64,000 nt of DNA from an uncultured Alphaproteobacteria bacterium (GCA_902522465.1 CABYVV010000002.1:65764-129763), one strand, 5' to 3'. Shown: positions 31,789 through 40,713, counted from the stretch's first letter. Notes: generated from the sequence alone by a model not told the origin. Made by a program: numbers and translations.

Positions 31789-32019
31789 ATGAGAATTAGT
31801 GCAAAAAATCAAATTGAAGGAAGGGTTACATCAGTAATTCATGGATCGAGTTACTCCAGAGTATCGGTGGAGCAAACTGATGCTGATGGAAATCCTACAG
31901 GAAGTTTTATTCATGCTGCAGTACCAGTTGATATTGCTAAAGATATGGATTTAGGAAAAGGAAATCATGTGACATGTATTTTTCCTGCAGCAGCTGTAAT
32001 AATTGGAAAACACCAATAA
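31789..32019 (+). CDS. mop: Mop/TOBE-domain molybdate/tungstate-binding protein
   Basis: 76 aa. 'MRISAKNQIEGRVTSVIHG...V..A.V....AKDMDLGKGNHVTCIFPAAAVIIG' matches the single-TOBE Mop pattern (ISARNqL.G.V..i..G.v...V........i.a.it..s...L.L..G..v.a.iKas.V.l). Confidence 0.8.
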   Translation: MRISAKNQIEGRVTSVIHGSSYSRVSVEQTDADGNPTGSFIHAAVPVDIAKDMDLGKGNHVTCIFPAAAVIIGKHQ

Positions 32020-32025
32020 AAATAA

Positions 32026-32721
32026 GTGGGCATTTTTGCTGATTCATTTAAACTTATTCTGTCATTAGATACAGATTTATTTGAAATAATTTGGCTGTCT
32101 CTCAAAGTTTCAATGACAGCATTGGGTATCTCTTGTGCTCTGGGTCTTCCCATAGCTGGTATTTTTTCATCAACAAATTTTTATGGAAAAAAAACAATTT
32201 TAATGTTTTTTAATGCAATGATGGCATTACCACCTGTTTTTGTGGGCCTAATTCTATATATAATTTTTTCTCAAACTGGTCCCATGGGTTTCTTGAATAT
32301 TTTGTATACACCAACAATTATGGTTATTGCCCAAATAATAATTATTATTCCAATAATAATCTCAGTTAGTGTAGAAATTTTAGAACATATATTTCAAGAA
32401 TATAAAGACATTTTTGAGACATTCGAGGTTGACTTAATTCATAGAATTAAGACAACGGTTTATGATGCCAGAATTCCACTAATTACTTGTATTTTAACCG
32501 GATTAGGTCGAGCATTGTCAGAAGTAGGGGCTATAATTATTGTGGGTGGAAATATTATTCATCACACAAGGGTAATGACTACAACAATAGCACTAGAAAC
32601 TTCGAAAGGAAACCTGTCGATGGCTATGTCACTTGGAATTGTTTTAATTTTTATTTCTATTTCAATTAATTTTATGGTCATGATGATGAAAATTATAGCA
32701 AAAAAGTATTCTTATGATTGA
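32026..32721 (+). CDS. ABC transporter permease, tungstate/oxyanion TupB-like
   Basis: 231 aa with a GTG start. 'GLGRALSEVGAIIIVGGNIIHHTRVMTTTIALETSKGN' resembles the TupB-type permease signature (GRAisEVGa..mvGGNI...Tr.lTTaIaLEt.kG). Confidence 0.7.
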   Translation: MGIFADSFKLILSLDTDLFEIIWLSLKVSMTALGISCALGLPIAGIFSSTNFYGKKTILMFFNAMMALPPVFVGLILYIIFSQTGPMGFLNILYTPTIMVIAQIIIIIPIIISVSVEILEHIFQEYKDIFETFEVDLIHRIKTTVYDARIPLITCILTGLGRALSEVGAIIIVGGNIIHHTRVMTTTIALETSKGNLSMAMSLGIVLIFISISINFMVMMMKIIAKKYSYD

Positions 32722-33415
32722 TAATAGAACTAGGATGTTAATCAAAAATCTTAATTATAAAGTTAATCAAGAAACATTTTTTGAAAACCTATCAATAAAT
32801 TTTTTACCCCATGGAATAAGTGTAATTCTAGGTCCTAACGGTGCTGGAAAATCACTTATTACAAAAATTCTAAAAGGAATAATTAAACCAGAGGGGATAG
32901 AGGTTTCAGTGACAATAAATAATATGAAGCCAGAGATAGGGTATTTGTCACAAAATATAGTTTTTCTTAGAAGGAATGTTTTCAATAATCTCGCATATCC
33001 AATGCAAATCAGAGGATTATCAAAAAAGATAATTTCAGAAAGAGTAAATTTCTTATTAAATCATTTTGATTTTACAAAAAGTAAAGATATATCTGCTAGA
33101 AATTTGTCTAAAGGTAATAAACAATATTTGTCTTTTATAAGAGCATTAGTAAATGATCCCAAAGTACTTATTCTTGATGAACCAACATCAAATTTGGATA
33201 TGAACTATACAAAAAAAATAGAAACTTATCTTTTAACTAAAAAGAAGAATACTAAAATAATCATGGTAACACATGATCTATTTCAGGCAAAAAGATTAGC
33301 AGATGAAATTGTTTTTATGAACAATGGAAAGTTAGTTGAAATCTCAAAAACTAAATCTTTTTTAAAATCTTCCAATAAGCTTGTTAAAAAATTTTTAAAT
33401 GGAAGCTTGTTTTAA
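32714..33415 (+). CDS. ABC transporter ATP-binding protein (TupC-like partner)
   Basis: 233 aa. It has Walker A 'GPNGAGKS', the signature 'LSKGNKQ', Walker B 'VLILDEPTSNLD' and an H-loop 'VTHD'. Its start overlaps the permease by 8 nt. Confidence 0.85.
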   Translation: MIDNRTRMLIKNLNYKVNQETFFENLSINFLPHGISVILGPNGAGKSLITKILKGIIKPEGIEVSVTINNMKPEIGYLSQNIVFLRRNVFNNLAYPMQIRGLSKKIISERVNFLLNHFDFTKSKDISARNLSKGNKQYLSFIRALVNDPKVLILDEPTSNLDMNYTKKIETYLLTKKKNTKIIMVTHDLFQAKRLADEIVFMNNGKLVEISKTKSFLKSSNKLVKKFLNGSLF

Positions 33416-33418
33416 AAT

Positions 33419-33820
33419 TTAATTAACTTGAAAACTTTCAATAATTTGAAGAGTTAATCTTGTGAAGAAATAAGTGCAATTTAAGCTAATAATGAACATA
33501 ATAAAAATTCTAAAACTTTTATCCAATTGTTCTCCTATCCAATTTATAAACCTTGTTGACTGAGAAATTTTGATACAGACTTCGAAAATCATCAAAAAAG
33601 AAAACAGAAAATTTAAAATTTGAATCTGAATTACATCATAATTCTCTAGTATCAGAACAGACAAAAATATAAACGATATTGAAAACATAAGAAGAAACAA
33701 TAAACAATTTTTTTTATCTCTTAATATTTTTTGAATGAATCTTCCTTGCAATTCAAAAATTTCTGAAACTAATGCTAGAGCTAAAATAAGCAAAAAATGG
33801 AGAAATAATAAAATTGACAA
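33419..33820 (-). CDS. Hypothetical membrane protein
   Basis: 133-aa ORF with about 4 hydrophobic segments. I recognise no motif. Confidence 0.45.
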   Translation of the reverse strand: MSILLFLHFLLILALALVSEIFELQGRFIQKILRDKKNCLLFLLMFSISFIFLSVLILENYDVIQIQILNFLFSFLMIFEVCIKISQSTRFINWIGEQLDKSFRIFIMFIISLNCTYFFTRLTLQIIESFQVN

Positions 33821-33833
33821 AAATAAGGCTAAA

Positions 33834-34061
33834 TTATTTATTTTTTTTATCCTTATTTGAGAAACTTCTTGTAGATAACTGAAAAAGTAAGGCTACAAAT
33901 AAAATTGCAAATACATAAAAAATTATAAAACCCACAGAATTGTCTTGCATTGATTTATGAAGATCATCTTGAGAACATAAAATATCTTCTCTTATAGTTT
34001 TGAAGTCCTTATCACAAAACTTGAATGTGTTTTTGTTGTTTATTTTTGATTCTTCTTTCAA
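33834..34061 (-). CDS. Hypothetical small single-pass membrane protein
   Basis: 75-aa ORF with one C-terminal TM segment ('GFIIFYVFAILFVALLFQL') and a Lys-rich tail. Confidence 0.4.
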   Translation of the reverse strand: MKEESKINNKNTFKFCDKDFKTIREDILCSQDDLHKSMQDNSVGFIIFYVFAILFVALLFQLSTRSFSNKDKKNK

Positions 34062-34062
34062 T

Positions 34063-34272
34063 TTAAATTTCTATTTCTATTTCACCTTTAATAGTCTCGC
34101 TTAGTTCTAAATCTTTTGAGGATATTTTTGCTTCAACTATTATAGTTTTTGAATTGTGTATTTTTCCAGCTTTTACGCTTTCTCTCACGGCGTTTTCAAT
34201 GCTCCTTTGAGATGTTATACCTACGTTCTTAAGAAATTTTCTAACTGAAATATTTAGTTTATCTTCATTCAT
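34063..34272 (-). CDS. Small conserved-looking soluble protein of unknown function
   Basis: 69 aa. 'LNISVRKFLKNVGITSQRSIENAVRESVKAGK' resembles a small proteobacterial DUF family whose exact identifier I do not recall with certainty. It lies 1 nt from the next ORF. Confidence 0.5.
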   Translation of the reverse strand: MNEDKLNISVRKFLKNVGITSQRSIENAVRESVKAGKIHNSKTIIVEAKISSKDLELSETIKGEIEIEI

Positions 34273-34315
34273 ATAATTACAATAATTTTAAAAAAGAAAT
34301 TGTAAAGAATTAGAT

Positions 34316-35392
34316 CTATTTTTTTTTAAAACAAACCAAATGATCAACATTGATTGGTGTTTTTATGCCAAATTCTTCATTCTTTTCATGAAGATGTTGA
34401 TGATGTGAATCTACAAGAACGGGAATGTATTCTTTATTGGGAGTTTTAAGCGTGTAAATAAAATTTGTACCTCTAAATTTTCTATCAACAATCTTTAATT
34501 TTAAGTCGCTAGTATCGTCATGTTGTAAATCTTCAGGTTGAATGAGTAATTTAACTGAATTTCCGATACTAAATGGATTTAAATTTGAGCACCCAAACTT
34601 TCCATTAATTATTCCAAGATTTTTATGCTGAAGTTGCGTTTTTGATAATATACGTACATTAACAAGGGTTCCTCTTTTTAGAAAGTTTACTACATCAAGT
34701 GAATTTGGAAAGTGGTAGACATTGTATGGAGTATCAAATTGTTGTAAGATGTTGTTGATTATAATTCCGCATTTGTCTGCCAGATAAAAAGCTTCATTGG
34801 GGTCATGAGTTACAATGATAGCTGAAGTTTTTGTTTTTTTCAGAATGTCTTTAATTGTTTTTTGTAATTCTTCTTTTAGTATCTGATCTATATTAGAAAA
34901 TGGTTCATCTAGTAACAATAAGTCAGGTGCAGAAATTAGTGATCTCGCAAGTGAAACTCTCTGAGCTTCCCCAGAGCTTATTTCATGTGGAAATTTATTT
35001 TTAATTTGTCTTAATTTAAAAAGTTCTAGAAGTTGGTTAGGTGAATACAAAAATTTTCTTGTATTCTCTTTTTGTAAACCGATTTTTATATTTTCAATTA
35101 CATTCTTATGAGGAAATAAACAGTTATCTTGAAATGATAAAGCTATTTTTCTTTTTTCTGGGTTAATCGACAAGTTTGCAGAAGATAACAGTTTTCCATC
35201 AAGCCATATTTCTCCGCTTTTTAGTCGCTCTAGACCTGCAATTGTCCTTAAAATTGTAGTTTTTCCAACACCCGAGGGGCCAAGCAAACATGTGATTTCA
35301 CCTTTATTGGTTATGTTAAAATTTATTCCTTTAACATTGTGTTCCTTATTTGATGAAAATGTTGCATTTAGAACTTCAAAAAATCTTTTCAT
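34316..35392 (-). CDS. fbpC: Fe3+ ABC transporter ATP-binding protein (FbpC/SfuC type) with a C-terminal TOBE-like domain
   Basis: 358 aa. It has Walker A 'GPSGVGKTT', the signature 'ISSGEAQRVSLAR' and Walker B 'LLLLDEPFSNID'. It is the last gene of the binding protein-permease-ATPase operon. Confidence 0.85.
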   Translation of the reverse strand: MKRFFEVLNATFSSNKEHNVKGINFNITNKGEITCLLGPSGVGKTTILRTIAGLERLKSGEIWLDGKLLSSANLSINPEKRKIALSFQDNCLFPHKNVIENIKIGLQKENTRKFLYSPNQLLELFKLRQIKNKFPHEISSGEAQRVSLARSLISAPDLLLLDEPFSNIDQILKEELQKTIKDILKKTKTSAIIVTHDPNEAFYLADKCGIIINNILQQFDTPYNVYHFPNSLDVVNFLKRGTLVNVRILSKTQLQHKNLGIINGKFGCSNLNPFSIGNSVKLLIQPEDLQHDDTSDLKLKIVDRKFRGTNFIYTLKTPNKEYIPVLVDSHHQHLHEKNEEFGIKTPINVDHLVCFKKK

Positions 35393-35405
35393 AATTTTTT
35401 ATAGT

Positions 35406-37037
35406 TTATTTTTTGATCTCAAAAAAGTATTTATATGAGATTAATATCAATATACTGGACCAAAAAATTAAAAACATTGATGGAATTGATGCAGCTTCAA
35501 TTAAATCTTGAGATGCAAATTGGTAAGCCTTTGAAGAAAAGGTGTCAAAATTAAAGGGTCTCAATATCAATGTAATTGGAAGTTCCTTTAAAATTTCGAT
35601 AGCTATAAGAACAAAAATGAAAAAAACATTTTTTTTCAAGATTGGCCAATGAACTTTAGAAAACATCGTAAATTTATTGAAACCAATTAGATATGCAGAT
35701 TCATCAATAGAATAATTTATTTTTAGATAATTTGATTTGATGCTGTTAAAGGAAATTGAGTAAAATCTAAAGAAATATCCTATAATCAGACCTAAAAATG
35801 TTCCTATGAAAACAGATTTAAGGTTAATGTTAAAATAATTACTAATAATTGAAAAGAAACTGATAATTGAAACTGAAATTATAATTCCTGGAATTGCATA
35901 CCCTGAAATTGACAATGTTGATAAAAAACCGAGTAATTTGCTTTTTAGTACACGATTACCAAAATTGGCTGTAAAAGAAAAAAATATAATTAAAAGTGAA
36001 GTAAAAAAAATCAAAATAAAAGTGTTTAAGTTTAATTTAAGAAGATTGAGACTTTCAAAGTACTCAGGAAATTTATATGACCAAAATATCATTTGTGAAA
36101 ATGGAAAAATAAAGCTTATGAAAAAAAGTATGAAACAGAATAAAAAAGCAGCAAAAGCACTAGCTCCTGTTAACTTTTTTTTATAATTACTGCTATCATT
36201 TTTTAATTGGTGAAATTTGGAATTTTTTCTTGATATGTTTTCAATTACAAAAAAAAATAAAATGAAAATTAACAATATTAAAGATAGCAAATTAGATTTT
36301 TTTAAATCATCAAATACAAACCAAGTGTTATAAATTTCAGTTGTAAATGTAGAAACACCAAAATATGAAACTGTTCCAAAGTCTGCCAATGTTTCCATTG
36401 CCACAAGACTTATACCAACAAAAATCGCAGGTCTGGCACATGGGATTACGACATAAAATAGTTGCTTTAACGAACTAAAGCCTAAGCTCTTGCTTAAATC
36501 AAGTAGGTTGGCTGATTGATTTAAAAATGAAGTTTTCGATAATAAAAATAAATATCCGTATAATGTAAAGGATAAGGATAATATACAATAAGTTAAAGGT
36601 GACAAATCTGGTAAAAAAATATTGGCATCATGTAGTCCAAAGAAATTTGATAAAAGTGAATATCCTAATCCAAAGTTTTCCAAAAAAGCCGATAGAGAAT
36701 AACCAAAAATATATGGTGGAATTGCAAAAGACAAAATTAGAGCATATCCGAAAAAATTTGCCCCTGGAAAGTCAAAAAAAGTAACAAGATAGGCAGATAA
36801 TACACCAAAAATAAAGGTAAGAATAATAACCCAAAAAAGAATTATTAATGAGTTTTTTAAGAATTCAAAAAACCATTTAAATTCAGAAATTGCATATGTG
36901 TAATCTGTTGTCATTGAATTTATGATTATCGAACAGAGTGGTATTATCGTAAAAATACTAATAGACAACACAATTGCGTATAATGTTTTACTTGTATTCA
37001 AAAAATTATAGGAACTTTTCAATTTTTTTAGTTCCAT
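35406..37037 (-). CDS. fbpB: Fe3+ ABC transporter permease (FbpB/SfuB type, duplicated permease domains)
   Basis: 543-aa protein with about 12 TM segments and two tandem permease halves, a size typical of FbpB/SfuB. It overlaps the binding-protein gene by 10 nt. Confidence 0.85.
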   Translation of the reverse strand: MELKKLKSSYNFLNTSKTLYAIVLSISIFTIIPLCSIIINSMTTDYTYAISEFKWFFEFLKNSLIILFWVIILTFIFGVLSAYLVTFFDFPGANFFGYALILSFAIPPYIFGYSLSAFLENFGLGYSLLSNFFGLHDANIFLPDLSPLTYCILSLSFTLYGYLFLLSKTSFLNQSANLLDLSKSLGFSSLKQLFYVVIPCARPAIFVGISLVAMETLADFGTVSYFGVSTFTTEIYNTWFVFDDLKKSNLLSLILLIFILFFFVIENISRKNSKFHQLKNDSSNYKKKLTGASAFAAFLFCFILFFISFIFPFSQMIFWSYKFPEYFESLNLLKLNLNTFILIFFTSLLIIFFSFTANFGNRVLKSKLLGFLSTLSISGYAIPGIIISVSIISFFSIISNYFNINLKSVFIGTFLGLIIGYFFRFYSISFNSIKSNYLKINYSIDESAYLIGFNKFTMFSKVHWPILKKNVFFIFVLIAIEILKELPITLILRPFNFDTFSSKAYQFASQDLIEAASIPSMFLIFWSSILILISYKYFFEIKK

Positions 37038-38041
37038 TTGGCTTGGCGCATTAGTTCAAATGCCTTCTTTTGCCATTTTCCATAAGATAATACATTTGTT
37101 GTATTGTCTTGCTTGAAATTTGAACCCAATTTTTGAATTAACTCAGATGGTTGAACTGCGTCAATTATTGGGTATTCATAAGTATTGTTTACAATATGTT
37201 TTTGAGCTTTTGATGTGAGAAGAAATTCAATGAATTTTATTGCATTTTCTGTGTTCGGTGAATGTGTCAGAATGCCTACACCTGAAATGTTCATGTGGGT
37301 ACCTCGATTGTTTTGATTAGGAAAAAGCGGTTTTACTTTTTCACTGGCTTTCTTTTGTCCTTCACCTTTTTGTCCTGAAGCCATTAAAGCATAATAATAT
37401 GTATTAGCTATAGCAAATTTTGATTCACCTGCGGCAACAGATAGAATTTGTGCCCTATCATTTCCTGTTGGTTGGCGAGAGAAATTTTTAACGAGACCAT
37501 TTAGCCAATTTTTTGTAAAATTCAATCCTTTGTTTTCAATAATGGAAGAAACTAATGATTGATTATAGACGTTGTTAGATTGTCTTATTGCAATTGAATT
37601 TCTATATTGTGGATTGGATAGATCATCATAACTCAAATCCTTTATATCTTCATATTTTGTAAACTCTGGATTGAAAAAAATAATTCTTGCTCTTTTTGTA
37701 ATACCTACCCAATGAGAAGATCTAAATTGTTTTGGGACTTTTTTTTTAATAGATAAGGATCCAATTCTTTTAAATAATCCTTTTTCTTGTGCTGATACTA
37801 GTCTACCTGCGTCAGCTAAAAAGAAAACATCTCCTTCGCAGGATCTTCCTTCTTCAATAATTCTTTTTTCAAGAGGTTTGGATTTTCCTGAGATGACATT
37901 GACTTTGATTCCTGTTTGCTCTGAAAATTCATTATAAAGCTTAAGATCGGATTCGTAATGCCTTGTTGTAAACAAATTAACTTCATTGGCAGACAGGGTT
38001 TGTAGACTAAAAAATAATATAAAAATAGATAAAAAGCTCAT
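37028..38041 (-). CDS. fbpA: Periplasmic Fe3+-binding protein (FbpA/SfuA/IdiA family)
   Basis: 337 aa with the signal peptide 'MSFLSIFILFFSLQTLSA'. 'NLFTTRHYESDLKLY', 'DVFFLADAGRL' and 'ANTYYYA' fit the ferric-binding protein family. Confidence 0.85.
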   Translation of the reverse strand: MSFLSIFILFFSLQTLSANEVNLFTTRHYESDLKLYNEFSEQTGIKVNVISGKSKPLEKRIIEEGRSCEGDVFFLADAGRLVSAQEKGLFKRIGSLSIKKKVPKQFRSSHWVGITKRARIIFFNPEFTKYEDIKDLSYDDLSNPQYRNSIAIRQSNNVYNQSLVSSIIENKGLNFTKNWLNGLVKNFSRQPTGNDRAQILSVAAGESKFAIANTYYYALMASGQKGEGQKKASEKVKPLFPNQNNRGTHMNISGVGILTHSPNTENAIKFIEFLLTSKAQKHIVNNTYEYPIIDAVQPSELIQKLGSNFKQDNTTNVLSYGKWQKKAFELMRQAKWN

Positions 38042-38049
38042 GATTCAAT

Positions 38050-38068
38050 GATAATGATTATTATTATT
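38050..38068. promoter_or_regulatory. Fur-box-like site upstream of the Fe3+ ABC operon
   Basis: GATAATGATTATTATTATT matches 16 of 19 positions of the classical Fur box GATAATGATAATCATTATC (hand alignment). It lies 8 nt upstream of the fbpA start. AT-rich background raises the chance-match rate. Confidence 0.45.
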
Positions 38069-38109
38069 ATTGAATAACTTTTTGCTTATGTTTTGTCAAC
38101 AATGAAAGT

Positions 38110-38142
38110 TGCAGGGAGACTGTGCTCCCTGCATTTTTTTTT
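38110..38142. terminator. GC-rich hairpin with flanking A/T runs downstream of ibpA (bidirectional-type terminator)
   Basis: The stem TGCAGGGAG (38110-38118), loop actgtg and stem CTCCCTGCA (38125-38133) are followed by T9 on the plus strand. On the minus strand the hairpin directly follows the ibpA stop. Confidence 0.6.
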
Positions 38143-38143
38143 G

Positions 38144-38572
38144 TTATTTAATCGAAATGATTTTTGGCTTTTTGTGGTCAGGAATTATTTTTTCTAATTT
38201 GATTTTTAGCATTCCGTCCCTAAGTTCAGCCGTTTTGACTTGTATTTCGTCTGATAGAGTAAAACTTCTTTCAAAGGATCTTTGAGAGATTCCTTGATGA
38301 ATTAAATTTTTTGAATTTAGATCTGTATTATCTTTTACGACCGATCTAACAGTAAGCTTGCTATCTGCATGCTCAATCTCTATCTGACTTTTGTTAAAAC
38401 CAGCTAAAGCCATCTCAATTGTATAATGATAATCATCATTTTTTACAATATTGTATGGTGGGTAGCCGGTTGAGTTGAAATCCATTTCAAATAGTCGGTC
38501 AAAAAGGTCATCAAAGCCGACTGAAAATGGCATAAATTTAGTTTTATCAATTGTAGATAAGTTGTTTTGCAT
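38144..38572 (-). CDS. ibpA: Small heat-shock protein, Hsp20/IbpA family
   Basis: 142 aa. 'GYPPYNIVKNDDYHYTIEMALAGFNKSQIEIEHADSKLTV' and 'ISQRSFERSFTLSDEIQVKTAELRDGMLKIKLEK' form an alpha-crystallin domain closely following IbpA/IbpB. Confidence 0.92.
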   Translation of the reverse strand: MQNNLSTIDKTKFMPFSVGFDDLFDRLFEMDFNSTGYPPYNIVKNDDYHYTIEMALAGFNKSQIEIEHADSKLTVRSVVKDNTDLNSKNLIHQGISQRSFERSFTLSDEIQVKTAELRDGMLKIKLEKIIPDHKKPKIISIK

Positions 38573-38633
38573 TATTTATCTCCTTATAAAGCAAGATTAT
38601 TATTATTGTGTCCCTGTAAGGCAACACATGTAT

Positions 38634-38662
38634 AATATAGTGACATATTGACATAATGTCAA
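38634..38662 (-). promoter_or_regulatory. Sigma70-type promoter of ibpA (-35 TTGACA, 17-nt spacer, -10 TATATT)
   Basis: The minus strand reads TTGACA(38662-38657)-TTATGTCAATATGTCAC-TATATT(38639-38634). It lies about 60 nt upstream of the ATG. The -35 and spacer lie inside the 29-bp palindrome. Confidence 0.55.
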
Positions 38663-38669
38663 TATGTCA
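38641..38669. promoter_or_regulatory. 29-bp perfect palindrome built of four TGACAT hexamers (candidate operator)
   Basis: TGACAT-AT-TGACAT-A-ATGTCA-AT-ATGTCA has 14-nt arms, a 1-nt centre and no mismatches. It lies between the slt stop and ibpA and overlaps the ibpA -35 and spacer. Confidence 0.6.
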
Positions 38670-38697
38670 TACAAAATTTGCATATTTTATGCCAATT

Positions 38698-40635
38698 TTA
38701 GATGTATAAGTCTACATTATACTTTTTTTGATAAACTCTTAGATTTGATAATACTTTTTGAACATAAAATCTTGTTTCAGAAATTGGAATTGATTCAATC
38801 CAATTCTCGTAGCTAATCTCTTTTGTTCTTGGATCACCATATCTCTTAACCCAAATTTTAACTCTATTGGGACCTGCATTATAAGCAGCTAGTGCTAATG
38901 GTAATGATTTATTAAATCTTATAAGCATTTCATTAATATAAGTTGTTCCAAGAAGAATGTTGTATTGTGGATTTCTAGTTAACTTTTTCTTGTAATATCT
39001 AATTTTCAAATCCCTAGCAACTTTTTTGGCTGTAAATGGCATTAATTGCATTAGCCCTCTTGCACCTGCAGAACTGTATGCACTAATTGAAAAGTTGCTT
39101 TCTTGATGAATAATTGCATGAATAAGTGCTATGGTTGGTTTAGAGTTTTGATATTTTTTTGGAATTAATTCATTTATTTCTGGATAAGAATATTTTAAAG
39201 AGGGTTCATTAAGTTTTTTTGACAATTTACCTAGAATATTTTTATCTGAAAGTTTGTTAGCTAGATCTAGCGTGTAGAATTTTTCATTGTCAATAGATGA
39301 CATCTTAAAAATCTTTTCAAAAAAAGGATAACTCTTTTGAATTTTTTGCTTAGATTCAATAATTATATTAATAACTTCAATCAAATCACTGTACTTTTCA
39401 GGTTTTTTAAGATTATGAGATTTTTCGTCAATATCGAAAGAACCCATCTTTAGTGAAGCATTTTGCCCGTAGAATGAAAATTTATTTTTGGAGGATTCTT
39501 TTAACCACTTGTTAACGGTGGATTTATTAGATTTTTTTTTGATATGAACCAAAGCTAGCCAATAAGACGACTTAGCTCTAAAATTGTTATCTGAATTATT
39601 GAATACATTCTCAAAGTGTTTTATTGCATTGTCGTTTTTTTTTAAATGATGAAAAGCTACCCACCCGGCAAGCCATTCAGCCTCTAGGCCAGACTCAGTA
39701 TTTAATGGCAGATTATGTTTTTTTAGAATTTGATACGCTTGTAAAAAATCTTTTTTATTAAGAAGTCTTCTGATTATTATTCTCGAATTTATCCACCAAT
39801 TTCTTACATTTGTAATTTTTTCAGGAGGATTTAATAATAAATCTGATGCAGTATTGAGTTTAGCTTTTCTTCTCCATCTCATCCTCTCATATATTAATCC
39901 TGCATCATTTTTTAGATTTTGAGGTACATTTTTGATTAACTGAGATACGTTTCCTGTTCTTCTGCTCAAACCTAATCTAGCTTCTCCTAATTTTCTATAA
40001 TCTCCTTTAATTCTATTCAATGTCCTTCTTGCTGAAATATTCTTACCTTCGTAAATTAATCTTTCAAATCTTTTCCAGTTATCATTTTGATTCCAAAATT
40101 TACTGTATTTTCTTATAAAATATTTTTGTTGTTTATAAGTCAGGTCAGAATTAATCCAGATATCGACAATTCTTTTCTTTTTATTTATTGTAACTCCTGT
40201 ATCCATTAATGCCTCAAGAAAATCAATTTTACCTTTTGAAGTTTGCGGCGGATTAGAATTATACCAACTTAATACTTTAGAATTGTTAACCGAATCATTA
40301 ATAGACGATTCGATTTTTTTAATAATTTTGTTTGAATAAGGCCAATGTTTGTGATTCTTATAAAAATTTTCTAGGTAATCAAATGTGTGATTACTTCCAG
40401 GTCTAGTTATATCGAGCCATTTAATGTAGGAGGCCAAGTCCTTATTTTCATAATCTTCGGCTAAAGCAATAGCCATAGTCCAATTTTGTTTTTTTATTTG
40501 ATCGAAGACATCTTGATAAATAGCAATTTTTATTTCAGGTCTTGCCTCAGGTTTTGGAGAATCTAATGCAAATGAGAAATCTGAAATTAAAAGGATTAAA
40601 AAAAATATTTTGATTCTTTTAAACACTCTTATCAT
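38698..40635 (-). CDS. slt: Soluble lytic murein transglycosylase (Slt70 family)
   Basis: 645 aa with a signal peptide and a long superhelical N-terminal region. The C-terminal catalytic block 'ALIHAIIHQESNFSISAYSSAGARGLMQLMPFTA' and 'AAYNAGPNRV' is present. Confidence 0.9.
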   Translation of the reverse strand: MIRVFKRIKIFFLILLISDFSFALDSPKPEARPEIKIAIYQDVFDQIKKQNWTMAIALAEDYENKDLASYIKWLDITRPGSNHTFDYLENFYKNHKHWPYSNKIIKKIESSINDSVNNSKVLSWYNSNPPQTSKGKIDFLEALMDTGVTINKKKRIVDIWINSDLTYKQQKYFIRKYSKFWNQNDNWKRFERLIYEGKNISARRTLNRIKGDYRKLGEARLGLSRRTGNVSQLIKNVPQNLKNDAGLIYERMRWRRKAKLNTASDLLLNPPEKITNVRNWWINSRIIIRRLLNKKDFLQAYQILKKHNLPLNTESGLEAEWLAGWVAFHHLKKNDNAIKHFENVFNNSDNNFRAKSSYWLALVHIKKKSNKSTVNKWLKESSKNKFSFYGQNASLKMGSFDIDEKSHNLKKPEKYSDLIEVINIIIESKQKIQKSYPFFEKIFKMSSIDNEKFYTLDLANKLSDKNILGKLSKKLNEPSLKYSYPEINELIPKKYQNSKPTIALIHAIIHQESNFSISAYSSAGARGLMQLMPFTAKKVARDLKIRYYKKKLTRNPQYNILLGTTYINEMLIRFNKSLPLALAAYNAGPNRVKIWVKRYGDPRTKEISYENWIESIPISETRFYVQKVLSNLRVYQKKYNVDLYI

Positions 40636-40713
40636 AAAATCTTATTATTATTTCCTAGAAAATATTTAACAATAAGAATATTATAATTATTTTATTGTCT
40701 AAAATGGAGCAAA

